This document shows, piece by piece, positions 52,757 through 62,486 of a DNA stretch of 64,000 nucleotides. Positions within the stretch are counted from its first letter, which is position 1, and each line of letters starts with the position of its first letter. The position numbers and the translations under genes were made by a program. Source of the DNA: an uncultured Chloroflexia bacterium (lineage in GTDB: Bacteria > Chloroflexota > Chloroflexia > Thermomicrobiales > UBA6265); assembly GCA_963724295.1 (NCBI GenBank), contig CAVRUC010000005.1, positions 128,001 through 192,000 of the forward strand, in the 5' to 3' direction. The notes under the pieces are model-generated. The model worked only from the letters and a program-made list of their open reading frames with translations, ran no database searches and was not told where the DNA came from.

Positions 52757-53874
52757 CGCTGCTGGACCGCTATCACTCGATCGATCGCGCTCGCCGCATC
52801 GAGTCCCAGCTCGACCGATGCGGGTTGAGTCGCCGCTCGCTCGCCATACGGATCGGCGATCCCCTGGCCATCCGCAACCTGTTCGACTAGTGTCTGGGCG
52901 ATCATCGCCGAGCAATACGGCGCGTACTGCGGCGCGTATCCGCCTTCTTGGGTGACGATGAGTCGCCCTTCGCAGCATTCCGCGGCGATCGTCATCATCG
53001 CCTCAGTCATCGCTCGGTATCCGTCCAGCGTCACCGACATCCGCGCCAGCGGATCCATCACGCTCGCGTCCTGCCCGGCCGAGACGATCACCAGGTCGGC
53101 ATCGAACTGCCGGGCGATCGGCATGACGATCCTGGAGAACGCCTCGCCGTAGCCTCGATTTCCTGTACCAGCCGGTAGAGGAATATTGACCGTGAATCCC
53201 TCTCCGTCGCCGATGCCGACTTGATCGGCCGCTCCCCACCCGGGCGGATAGAGGTCGTCCTGGTGTAACGAGATGAACAAGACGCTGGGATCGGCCCAGA
53301 ACGCGGCCTGCGTCCCATTGCCATGATGGACGTCCCAATCGAGGATAAGGACGCGTTCGGCACCGTGCATGCGTTGGGCCTGGCGTGCCGCGACGACCGC
53401 GTTGTTGAAGACGCAGAATCCCATTCCCTCGTCCGCCATGGCATGGTGACCTGGCGGGCGGACCAGGGCATACGCCGCGTTGACGGCACCGGCCATGACG
53501 GCGTCGACCGCGGCGATCGTGCCACCTGCGGCGAGGCGCGCGACGCGATCTCCACCACGCCCGATCGGAGCGCCCGCGCCGGTATCTCCGCCGTCGGTTT
53601 GCGCGATCTCCGTCACCCTCGCGACATGCTCCGGTGTGTGATAGACGGTCAGCTGCTCGTCGGTGGCGAAAACTGGCTCGATACGCCGCATCCGTTCCGC
53701 GATCCCGAACAGATCCATCAGGTGCTTTGCGCGGCCGACGAGGGCCGGGCTCGACGGGTGTGCGACCGGTTCGGCGAAGGGGTACGGGTAGCGGTCCCCG
53801 ATCAGGGCAAGACCGGTGTCATGCGTCAGATAACGGTCGTCGAAGACAAGACCGACGACCCGATCTCGCGGCAC
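52741..53874 (-). CDS. Class II histone-deacetylase-family amidohydrolase
   Basis: RPPGHHA, GFCVFNN, DWDVHHGNGTQ, SAGQD and EGGY. Confidence 0.93.
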   Translation of the reverse strand: MPRDRVVGLVFDDRYLTHDTGLALIGDRYPYPFAEPVAHPSSPALVGRAKHLMDLFGIAERMRRIEPVFATDEQLTVYHTPEHVARVTEIAQTDGGDTGAGAPIGRGGDRVARLAAGGTIAAVDAVMAGAVNAAYALVRPPGHHAMADEGMGFCVFNNAVVAARQAQRMHGAERVLILDWDVHHGNGTQAAFWADPSVLFISLHQDDLYPPGWGAADQVGIGDGEGFTVNIPLPAGTGNRGYGEAFSRIVMPIARQFDADLVIVSAGQDASVMDPLARMSVTLDGYRAMTEAMMTIAAECCEGRLIVTQEGGYAPQYAPYCSAMIAQTLVEQVADGQGIADPYGERAATQPASVELGLDAASAIDRVIAVQQRYWAL

Positions 53875-53904
53875 GAATCACTCCATCTCGATGAGTACGA
53901 AACG

Positions 53905-54954
53905 CTACAAGGGGCTGACGCTGAGACCCATGCCGTCCATCACGTTCCAGAACGTCATGAACGTCGACCAGTCGTAGTAGTTCGTTCCACCCGTGGCCGG
54001 ATCGGCCACGTAGACGCCGCCGCTGTCGTATCCGTCCGCGACGACGACGTGCAGACCGGACACGAGCTTGTACGGCGTACCGTCGGCGGCGTATTCGTAG
54101 AAACCAGTGTCGCCCCACAGGCCGAGCCAGACGAGGACCGGGGTCCCCTGGTCGAGGCGCGCCGTGAGAGCCGTTGCGTTCCCCTGGGCGTAAAACTCTT
54201 CTCCATAGAAGCCATAGTTCGCCAGGGCGGGAGCCAGCGCGGCGGCGTAGACGCCATAGTCGTCCGTGTTGCCCCACCAGCCGGAAATATCGCCCCGGTA
54301 CCCCCAGTGAGGATTCTCGGACCAACCAACCAGACCATCGAACTCGTACTCGGAGACCCACACGCCGTAGGCGCCCATGGCCATCACCAGCGCCGCATAC
54401 TCACAGCTCAGGTTGCGTTGCTGCGCGTAGGTCGGTACGCCGACTCGCACGGCGTCAGAAGCGCCGGAGTCTGACGTGCTCCAGTTTTGCGCGGCGCCAC
54501 TCGGCCGCGCGATGGCGACGTCCGCGCTGAGCTCAACCATGTCGGGGTTGTCGGCGCAACCCCCGCTGTCGGTGATCGAGACGGGCATGCCGCCCGCGTA
54601 CTCGCCACCGACGAGGACATCCATCCAGGCCTCGTACCCCGGTGCCGCCCAACTCGTGTCCACGGTCAGGTACGCGAGCCCGCTGGCGTCGGTCATGCCC
54701 CAATCAGCCCAGACGACCTCGCCGCCGTGGACCAGATTGACACCGACGGCCACGTCGGGAATGCCTCCGCCTGCTTCGCGCACCTCGACGCTGGCGTCGA
54801 GCCAGCACCCAGCCGCGGGAGTGACGGACCCAAGCGTCGCCCAGCCTCCCACATGAGAGAGATCCGCTGCCTGCGCGGCAGCAGACGGAGCGAAACCGGC
54901 GATTGACGACACCAGCGTAGCCAGGACAGCCAGCACGGCGGCGGCGTTCCGCAC
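53905..54954 (-). CDS. Secreted C39-like cysteine peptidase
   Basis: Signal peptide, VPTYAQQRNLSCE, NPHWGYRG and HVVVADGYD..VADP. Confidence 0.8.
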   Translation of the reverse strand: MRNAAAVLAVLATLVSSIAGFAPSAAAQAADLSHVGGWATLGSVTPAAGCWLDASVEVREAGGGIPDVAVGVNLVHGGEVVWADWGMTDASGLAYLTVDTSWAAPGYEAWMDVLVGGEYAGGMPVSITDSGGCADNPDMVELSADVAIARPSGAAQNWSTSDSGASDAVRVGVPTYAQQRNLSCEYAALVMAMGAYGVWVSEYEFDGLVGWSENPHWGYRGDISGWWGNTDDYGVYAAALAPALANYGFYGEEFYAQGNATALTARLDQGTPVLVWLGLWGDTGFYEYAADGTPYKLVSGLHVVVADGYDSGGVYVADPATGGTNYYDWSTFMTFWNVMDGMGLSVSPL

Positions 54955-55149
54955 TTGGTACTCCTCCCTGAACCGGGGCGCTTGCCCTCGCGGCTAGGCA
55001 TGCCCGCGTGCCATCGCGAGGGCCTATTCGGCCCGGAGACTACCACACCAGATGACGTTCGCGACCTGAAAGGTCAGGGTGAACGTACACCCGCGATCGA
55101 GTTTACCAGAGCGCTCGAGCGTCTCCGATTGGTTGGCATGTGGGTCGCT

Positions 55150-55719
55150 CTATTCCGGCTCGAAGCGCTCTTCGCGCCATGGGTCGGCGCTGTTGCTGTA
55201 ACCGAATTCCTCCCAGAAGCCGGGTCGGTCCTCGGCCAGGAACTCGACGCCACGTAGCCACTTCACGCTCTTCCAGGCGTACCGGGCGGGGATGACCGCG
55301 CGCAGCGGAGCACCGTGTTGGGGGGTCAGCGGCTCTCCGTCGTGGTGCGTAGCAACCACCACCCGCGGATCGAGAAAACTCTCGATCGAGAGATTGGCCG
55401 AGTACCCACCCTCGCCGTGAAGCACCACAAAGCGGGCGGAGGAGCTCACACCCACGAGATCACAGAGGTCCCGCGACGACACGCCGGTCCAGGTGTGTCC
55501 GAGCGACGACCAGCGCGTTACACAGTGCAGGTCCCCATCGATCGTCTTCGTCGGTAGCTCTTGCCACTGGTCCCAGGTCCAGGTCTGCTCGGCGTCGACC
55601 AGACCCCAGATCCGAAAATCCCAGGTGTCGGGATCGAATGGAGGGATCTCCCCCTGGTGAAGAACCGGCCAGCGCGTGGCGACCACTTGTCCCGGCGGAA
55701 CCCGATGCGCCAGGCTCAC
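55150..55719 (-). CDS. Sulfite-oxidase-like molybdopterin oxidoreductase
   Basis: RVPPGQ..WPVLH, DLHCVTRWS, HGAPLR, YAWKSVKWL and GFWE..GY. Start is uncertain. Confidence 0.88.
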   Translation of the reverse strand: MSLAHRVPPGQVVATRWPVLHQGEIPPFDPDTWDFRIWGLVDAEQTWTWDQWQELPTKTIDGDLHCVTRWSSLGHTWTGVSSRDLCDLVGVSSSARFVVLHGEGGYSANLSIESFLDPRVVVATHHDGEPLTPQHGAPLRAVIPARYAWKSVKWLRGVEFLAEDRPGFWEEFGYSNSADPWREERFEPE

Positions 55720-55868
55720 TGGGATGATCGGGCGCCGAACCCGGCGAACTGCTCTTGCTCTTAGCGCCACGGACACCTCGATCGCCGTTATCATCGGCCC
55801 GGGTGAGAGACGATTCCGGATGGGAAGTATAAGGATCCCTGCCAGGCCACGACCCACCGCGTCACGCG

Positions 55869-55895
55869 CTGGCAGTGTCGATTGAAGAATGCCAG
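55869..55895 (+). promoter_or_regulatory. Degenerate CIRCE (HrcA operator) upstream of dnaJ
   Basis: CTGGCAGTG-N9-GAATGCCAG, compared with the consensus TTAGCACTC-N9-GAGTGCTAA. Confidence 0.5.
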
Positions 55896-56065
55896 AACTC
55901 GGTTGACGCTGGAGATATTGTCAAGGTAGAGTCGCTCGACAGAGAACCCGCCGCGCTGGCGAGCATCCGCTCGTCGGGGTTTCGAGTCCACCACCGCGCT
56001 CTGCGCGGCTCCCCGCGGATTGGTTAGTCTTATGTGGCCGTCCAGGAGGACGGAGTAGGTCGAAC

Positions 56066-57223
56066 ATGTCTCAGGACACCATGGCTGGCAAACGCGACTA
56101 CTATCAAGTTCTGGAGCTCAACAGGTCCGCGTCCGGCGATGACATCCGCCGCTCGTACCGACGCTTGGCCCGGCAATATCACCCCGACCTGAACCCGTCC
56201 GACGAGGCCGAGGAACGCTTCAAGGAGATCAACGAAGCGTACGAGGTCTTGTCCGACGACTCCCGCCGTGCCGCCTACGACCGGTTTGGACACGCCGCGA
56301 GCGGTATGCCCGGTGGATTCGGTGGCGCTGACCCCTTCGGCTTCGGCGGCGCGGCCGGCTCGCCGTTCGCTGACATTTTCGAGACGTTCTTTGGCGCCCC
56401 GGGCACGACGCGACGACAGCGCACACCATCACGCGGCGCCGATATCCAGGTAACCCTGACGATCGAGTTCGAGGAAGCGATCTTCGGTGCGGAGAAGGAC
56501 GTCGAGATCACTCGTCTCGAGGTCTGCGAGAGCTGCGATGGGTCACGCATGCGCGACGGTCAAAAACCGCCCATCTGCTCGGTCTGCAATGGCGCCGGCC
56601 AGGTGCGTCGCGCCCAGCAGACGATCCTCGGTCAGTTCATGACCAGCACGCCCTGTTCGGCCTGCGGCGGTGAGGGCGTTAGCATCACCGATCCCTGCCC
56701 CGACTGCCGGGGTCGCGGTCGCGTTGCCAGGAACCGGACGATTACGGTCTCCATCCCTGGCGGGATCGACGACAACTCCTCGCTTCGGCTGACCGGGCAA
56801 GGCGAGGCCAGCCCGGACGGCGGGCTCGCCGGCAACGCCTACGTGCGCATCATCGTGGCGCCCCACCCGCTCTTCACGCGCAAAGACCGCACGATCTTCC
56901 ATCAGGTACGGGTCAACGTAGCGCAGGCGACCCTTGGCGACGAGCTGGAGGTCGAGACCATCGACGGACCGGTCGCGTTCCGGCTTCCCGAGGGTACTCA
57001 GAGCGGTCAGCAGTTCCGCTTGAAGGGGCGGGGGGCGCCGACGGTCGGTGGTACAGATCGCGGAGACCAGATCGTCACCGTCCAGGTGGTCACGCCGAAG
57101 AAGCTGACCCCGGAGCAGCGCGAGCTCTTCGAGCAACTCGCCGCGTCCCTTGACTCCGAAGTGACGAGGAGTGACGGGGAGCGGACGTTTTTCTCCCGGG
57201 TGAAGGACGCCCTGCGTTACTAG
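56066..57223 (+). CDS. dnaJ: Chaperone DnaJ
   Basis: J-domain HPD, G/F-rich region and four CxxCxGxG-type motifs. Confidence 0.97.
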   Translation: MSQDTMAGKRDYYQVLELNRSASGDDIRRSYRRLARQYHPDLNPSDEAEERFKEINEAYEVLSDDSRRAAYDRFGHAASGMPGGFGGADPFGFGGAAGSPFADIFETFFGAPGTTRRQRTPSRGADIQVTLTIEFEEAIFGAEKDVEITRLEVCESCDGSRMRDGQKPPICSVCNGAGQVRRAQQTILGQFMTSTPCSACGGEGVSITDPCPDCRGRGRVARNRTITVSIPGGIDDNSSLRLTGQGEASPDGGLAGNAYVRIIVAPHPLFTRKDRTIFHQVRVNVAQATLGDELEVETIDGPVAFRLPEGTQSGQQFRLKGRGAPTVGGTDRGDQIVTVQVVTPKKLTPEQRELFEQLAASLDSEVTRSDGERTFFSRVKDALRY

Positions 57224-57388
57224 CACGACCCACGCCCCCGACGCCGCTGGCGGAGATCCCGGTCCGCGCTTGGGGGGCCTTACGCCGCATGGCTACGACA
57301 AAACGTCGAGAGGACGCTGGTATACTTTCCCCGGCGAAGGCAGACACCATCCCCGCGTCAGCGCGCCGGTCGGATCTGTACTTTCCGT

Positions 57389-57462
57389 TGGCGGGTGGTG
57401 AAATGGTATCACAAGGGTCTTTGGAACCTTTGTTCCAGGTTCGAATCCTGGCCCGCCAGCCA
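57389..57462 (+). tRNA. tRNA-Gln (anticodon UUG)
   Basis: TGGCGGG/CCCGCCA acceptor stem, loop CTTTGGA, GGTTCGAATCC T arm and CCA. Sits upstream of glmU-prs. Confidence 0.95.
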
Positions 57463-57518
57463 CTTTCCCGTCCAGATTTCGCCCCCTCGCAGACGCGCTA
57501 GGGATTCACACGACCACC

Positions 57519-58937
57519 GTGGGTAACTCACCGCAACGAGACGATCGGGTCGGTCTCATCGTGCTTGCCGCGGGTGCGGGCACCCGCATGCGATCGCTGG
57601 TACCGAAACCACTGCACACCGTCGCGGGCATACCCATGGTCTCGCGCGTGCTCCGTGCCGGCCAGGGCGCGCGCCCGGATGCTGTCGTCCTCGTCGTGGG
57701 ACCTGAGAACGTCGATCTCGCGCAGCGGATCGAATCGGCGACCGACATCATCACCGTCGTCCAGGACCCGCCGCGCGGCACGGGCGATGCGGTGAAATGT
57801 GCTCTCTCGGCGCTGCAGGACGTCGACGTGTTGGTTGTCCTCTATAGCGACCACCCCCTGCTCGAACCGACGACGGTCGGCAAGCTCCTCAGTGGCGTGC
57901 GCGCATCCGGGGCCAAGGTGGCGAACCTGTCGGCCACAGTCCAGGACGCCGCCGGCTACGGCCGTATCGCGCGCGACGGCGATCGGCGACCGGTTGGGGT
58001 CATCGAGCGGCGCGACGATGACGCCGCGATGCGAATCGGTCCGACAGAGATCAATGCCGGGTTGATGGCGCTGGATGCCGATTGGGCGCGGTGGGCGCTG
58101 CATGAGATCCGCCCCAGTGACGCCACGGGCGAGCTCTATCTCACGGACCTGGTCTCGATCGCCGTCGCCGGCGCTCAGGACGGCGAGCCGTGGCCGGTCG
58201 CCGTCGTGGCCGGAGACCCCGATGATGCCCTCGGCGTCAATGACCGCGCCGACCTCGCGCATGCTGAATCACGGGCCTGGGAGCGAAAGCGGCAGCGCCT
58301 CATGCGCGAGGGTGTCACAATGCGGCTACCGGATACTATCGTCGTTGATGAGGACGTACAGATTGGCGGCGACACTGTGATTCTGCCGCACTCTCAACTC
58401 TCCGGGGCAACGGTCGTCGGTTCTGGCTGTGTCATCGGACCCTCCTCGGTCGTTGTCGGTTCCCGGCTCGGCGATCGCGTTATCGTTCGCTCGTCGACGG
58501 TCGAGGACTCGCTCATCGCCGACGACGCCGATGTCGGACCCTATTCGCACGTGCGGGCCGGCAGTGAGATCGGACCGCGGGCTCACGTTGGAAACTTCGC
58601 GGAGATCAAGAACGCTCGCCTCGGGTCGGGAGTCAAGGTGGGGCACTTCAGCTACATCGGCGACGCCGCGGTCGGGGCGGAAACCAACATCGGGGCCGGC
58701 ACCGTCACAGCCAACTTCGACGGCGCGCGAAAGCATCAGACCGCCATCGGGGCGAGGGCCTTTATCGGCAGCGACACGATCCTGCGCGCACCGATCAGCA
58801 TCGGTGACGACGCGCGCACCGGCGCCGGATCAGTCGTCACCAGGGATGTACCCGACGGCGCGACCGTAGTCGGCATGCCGGCGCGGCAGATGCGGCGGGC
58901 GCCGGCCGCGCCCGGCCAGAACGCCAAGGAGGAGTAA
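57519..58937 (+). CDS. glmU: Bifunctional GlcNAc-1-P uridyltransferase / acetyltransferase
   Basis: LAAGAGTRMRS..PKPLH, GTGDAV, GYGRI, hexapeptide repeats, GNFAEIK and HFSYIGDA. Confidence 0.96.
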   Translation: MGNSPQRDDRVGLIVLAAGAGTRMRSLVPKPLHTVAGIPMVSRVLRAGQGARPDAVVLVVGPENVDLAQRIESATDIITVVQDPPRGTGDAVKCALSALQDVDVLVVLYSDHPLLEPTTVGKLLSGVRASGAKVANLSATVQDAAGYGRIARDGDRRPVGVIERRDDDAAMRIGPTEINAGLMALDADWARWALHEIRPSDATGELYLTDLVSIAVAGAQDGEPWPVAVVAGDPDDALGVNDRADLAHAESRAWERKRQRLMREGVTMRLPDTIVVDEDVQIGGDTVILPHSQLSGATVVGSGCVIGPSSVVVGSRLGDRVIVRSSTVEDSLIADDADVGPYSHVRAGSEIGPRAHVGNFAEIKNARLGSGVKVGHFSYIGDAAVGAETNIGAGTVTANFDGARKHQTAIGARAFIGSDTILRAPISIGDDARTGAGSVVTRDVPDGATVVGMPARQMRRAPAAPGQNAKEE

Positions 58938-59876
58938 GTGGACGGGCGTCTACAGATCTTCGCCGGAACGTCCCATCCCCGGCTCGCCGCGGAGATCATG
59001 GGTGCCCTGGAGGCTCCGCTTGGCCGCGCCGAAGTCGGCCTGTGGCGCAACGGCGAGACCCGGGTCAAGCTCGAAGAGAACGTCCGCGGCTCCGATGTCT
59101 TCGCCATCCAGTCGATGAGCGCCCCCGTCGATCATCACCTGATGGAGCTGCTCCTCATCATCGACTCTCTGCGCCGCGCGTCGGCGGCTCGCATCACGGC
59201 AGTCATTCCCTATTTCGCCTATGCCAAGCAAGAGAAGAAAACGACTGGTCGCGAGCCAATCTCGGCCAAGTTGGTCGCCAACCTCCTGACCACCGCCGGC
59301 GCCGACCGCATCCTGACGATGGATCTGCACTCGCCGGCCATCGAGGGATTCTTCGACATTCCTGTCGACCACTTGCGCGCCACCCCCATCCTGGCGCGCT
59401 ATATCAACCGACAGGGTCTTCGGGACCTCGCCGTCGTCAGCCCGGACGCGGGCGGCGTCGCTCGCGCTGAAGAGCTACGGGGCCGGACCGGGGGGTCGCT
59501 GGCGATCATCTCGAAGCGGCACCCAGGACCAGATGTGTCCGAGGCGCTGGAGATGGTCGGCGACGTCTGCGGCAAACCCGCCGTCATCGTGGACGACATG
59601 ATTTCGACCGGCGGCACGCTCGCGCTCGCCGCCGAGCTTCTCAAGGAGCGCGGGGCGTCTCCCATCTACGCCGCGGCGACGCATGGCATTTTTGCGCAGG
59701 AGGGTTTGCGGCTCGTCCACGAGTCGCCCATCGACAAGGTCCTGGTCACGGACACGCTTCCCTTGCCCGCAAATGGACCGACCGACAGGGTCGAGATCGT
59801 CTCGGTCGCGCCGCTTCTTGCGGAGGCGGTCACCCGTATTCACAAGGACCTCAGTATTAGCGCCCTCTTCACCTGA
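58938..59876 (+). CDS. prs: Ribose-phosphate pyrophosphokinase
   Basis: ENVRGSDV, VSPDAGG and VDDMISTGGT. Confidence 0.97.
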   Translation: MDGRLQIFAGTSHPRLAAEIMGALEAPLGRAEVGLWRNGETRVKLEENVRGSDVFAIQSMSAPVDHHLMELLLIIDSLRRASAARITAVIPYFAYAKQEKKTTGREPISAKLVANLLTTAGADRILTMDLHSPAIEGFFDIPVDHLRATPILARYINRQGLRDLAVVSPDAGGVARAEELRGRTGGSLAIISKRHPGPDVSEALEMVGDVCGKPAVIVDDMISTGGTLALAAELLKERGASPIYAAATHGIFAQEGLRLVHESPIDKVLVTDTLPLPANGPTDRVEIVSVAPLLAEAVTRIHKDLSISALFT

Positions 59877-59905
59877 GGGGGGCTTGTGGCGGATCTGCGG
59901 GAGGC

Positions 59906-61243
59906 ATGGGTCCCGTGAGCGGCGACAATTGGTCCCTGATCGCGATCGCGATCTTTTCACTCCTGGTGATGGCCGGCGCCGCAACCGTCGAGGCCAGCGC
60001 GGGACTGATTAGCCGCCACCGGTTCCGCCAGGCTGCGACCGGCCCCGGTCGCGAGCGCAGTGTCCACACCCTGCTCGATCCCCGTCGCTCACTCGTCTCC
60101 GCGTTACAGCTCGTGCAGGCGATCGCCATCGCCCTGGCTGCCAGTCTGATTACCTACGTCATCATGCGCGAGGGTGGCCGCGGACCGGTCGTGATCGCCG
60201 TCCTCGTAGCCAGCGCGCTCTTCCTGCTTCTCGGCCAGGCTGTTCCGCGCGCGCTGGCGCGCACGAGACCAAGTGCCACCGCCGGAGCGCTCCTGAGTCT
60301 GGCTCGCTTTGTAGCAATGCTCGTTCGCCCGCTGTCAGCCCTCTCAGACGGCGCGGCCGATCTCTTCACCAGGCTCTTCGGCGGCGAACATCCCGACACC
60401 GTTCCCGCGGGATCCGAAGAGGAGTTGCTGTTCATTACCAGAGATGACAATGATGACGGCGTCATCGAACCCGAAGAACGCAAGATGATCGACAACGTGC
60501 TGCGGCTGGAAGAAACGACTGCCCGCGATATCATGGTCCCGCGCGTCGACATCGTCGCCGTCGCGGAAGATGCCTCGTCGCAGGAGATCCTCGAGGCGAT
60601 CACGGAGAAGGGGCACTCCCGGTTACCGGTGTTTCGGGAGTCAATCGACGAGATCGTGGGCATTCTCTACGCCAAAGATCTCTTGCCGTTCGTGATCGGA
60701 TCGACCCGGACGCTGCCCATCAAGCAGCTCTTGCGGCCTGCCTACGTCGTCCCTGAATCGAAGCGTCTCGACGATCTCCTTGGGGAATTGCGTCGCAACC
60801 GCGTCCACATCGCGGTCGTGGCCGACGAATATGGCGGTACGGCCGGGCTGGTCACCATCGAAGACATCCTGGAAGAGATCGTGGGCGAGATTCAGGACGA
60901 ATACGACGAGGACCTGACGCTCCTCGAGCGAGTGAGCGGCAGCGAGATCATCGTCGATGGCCGCCTCCCGATCGAGGAGATCGAGGAGGCGCTGGGACTC
61001 ACCCTCACCGGCGAGGACGACGGCTACGGCACGGCGGCCGGATTTGTCCATTGGCACCTCGATCGCATGCCCCAGCAGGGCGATCACTTCGACGCGCACG
61101 GGGTCCGAGCCGAGGTGCTCGACGTGGAAAGCAATCGGCTACGACGCCTGCGCTTGACCCGGATCACCGGCGACGATATCGCCCACGAACCTCGAGACCT
61201 AGAATCGCGTGCAGATGCGACGCCACTCCTCCCCGAAGCGTGA
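59906..61243 (+). CDS. Hemolysin/CNNM-CBS-CorC family protein
   Basis: TM region, IMVPRVDI, HSRLPV and DEYGGTAGLVTIEDILEEIVGEIQDEYD. Confidence 0.92.
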   Translation: MGPVSGDNWSLIAIAIFSLLVMAGAATVEASAGLISRHRFRQAATGPGRERSVHTLLDPRRSLVSALQLVQAIAIALAASLITYVIMREGGRGPVVIAVLVASALFLLLGQAVPRALARTRPSATAGALLSLARFVAMLVRPLSALSDGAADLFTRLFGGEHPDTVPAGSEEELLFITRDDNDDGVIEPEERKMIDNVLRLEETTARDIMVPRVDIVAVAEDASSQEILEAITEKGHSRLPVFRESIDEIVGILYAKDLLPFVIGSTRTLPIKQLLRPAYVVPESKRLDDLLGELRRNRVHIAVVADEYGGTAGLVTIEDILEEIVGEIQDEYDEDLTLLERVSGSEIIVDGRLPIEEIEEALGLTLTGEDDGYGTAAGFVHWHLDRMPQQGDHFDAHGVRAEVLDVESNRLRRLRLTRITGDDIAHEPRDLESRADATPLLPEA

Positions 61244-62013
61244 CTGCCGATCGCGGCTGGTTGATTCACCGCTTTGCCAGCGTGGCGAGCACCATGGAGA
61301 CCGCCAGTCAACTCGCCAAGTTCGGCGCACGGGAACGCACGGTCGTGGTCAGTACAGAGCAGACCGCCGGACGCGGTCGCGGTGGGCGGCCGTGGCGGGC
61401 CGCGGCGGGAAGCGCGGTCTTTGCCACCGTCATTCTGCGGCCGCCGATTCCAGCTCACCACCTGTCGACGCTGCCGCTGATCGCGGGAGTAGCCATCGCC
61501 GAGGCAATCGAGCACATTGCTCGTTGCACCGTCTCATTGAAGTGGCCGAATGACGTCTGGCTCGACACGGATGCTGGTTTCGCGAAAGTAGCCGGCGTGC
61601 TGGTCTCAACCAGCCTGCGTGGTGGCGCCGTCGATCACGCGCTGGTTGGTATCGGCATCAACGTGCTGGGCGAAGGCCATGATCTTCCTCTCGGGGCGAC
61701 AACTATTCAAGCGGCCACCGGAGTCATCACGACCCCCGACGAGGTACTCCATGGCACGCTCGTCCGGTTCGCCGGGGCGTACGCGGCCTTTGTCGCGGCG
61801 GACGGACGGCCGTCTCTGGATGGCTGGCTGGCCCGGGCCGCGCTTCTCCGCGAGGTCGTTACTATCGAGGACGCCGGGCGCTCGCGTACGGGGGAATTCA
61901 TCGGAGTCGCGGAAGATGGTGGTCTGCTGCTCCAGGAGCCGGGGCACCCGATTCGCAAGGTGGTCGCGGGTGATCTGGTACGCGGTCCTCGCGCCGCCAG
62001 TCAGCCCGGCTAG
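61240..62013 (+). CDS. birA: Biotin-protein ligase (class I, no HTH)
   Basis: QTAGRGRGGRPW, LKWPND, KVAGVL and GIGIN. Confidence 0.92.
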   Translation: MTADRGWLIHRFASVASTMETASQLAKFGARERTVVVSTEQTAGRGRGGRPWRAAAGSAVFATVILRPPIPAHHLSTLPLIAGVAIAEAIEHIARCTVSLKWPNDVWLDTDAGFAKVAGVLVSTSLRGGAVDHALVGIGINVLGEGHDLPLGATTIQAATGVITTPDEVLHGTLVRFAGAYAAFVAADGRPSLDGWLARAALLREVVTIEDAGRSRTGEFIGVAEDGGLLLQEPGHPIRKVVAGDLVRGPRAASQPG

Positions 62014-62473
62014 TTCTCGTCGCGGTCGCTCAGTGTTCCCCGCAGCTGCCGCTCGGCGGTCTGTCCGGGCGGGTGAAAAATGAGATCCATCGCGATCCAG
62101 ACGGTCCGGGAGAAGGGAAAGAACGTCACCGGAAACGCGATGGCGAGCGCCACGGCAATGACCTCCTGCCAAACCAGGGATAGATGTCGCAGATCCGTCT
62201 TGAAGATCAGGAAGATCGCGAGCCCAAGCCGATGAATTCGGCGGCGATCAGGTTCAGGGCATAGGCGCCAAGAAAGTAGCCCTCTTCCCGCTCGAACCGA
62301 ACTCCGCACCTGGGACATCGCTCGCGCAGCGCAAAGTAGCTCTCGTAGATTCCCGGGCTCCCGCAATATGGGCAACGCCGGGTGAGGGCCCTCTGCATGG
62401 TCACCAGGAACCGCTTCCAGGTATCCCGCGGCAAATTCCATAAATCGGTCCGCGGGCCCCGTTCGGCGCTCAC
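62010..62473 (-). CDS. DUF983-like zinc-ribbon membrane protein (frameshift near 62225)
   Basis: RCPYCG..CPRCG..REEGYFLGA, continuing in another frame to FPFSRTVWIAMDL. Confidence 0.78.
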
Positions 62474-62486
62474 CGTGCCGACCCGG

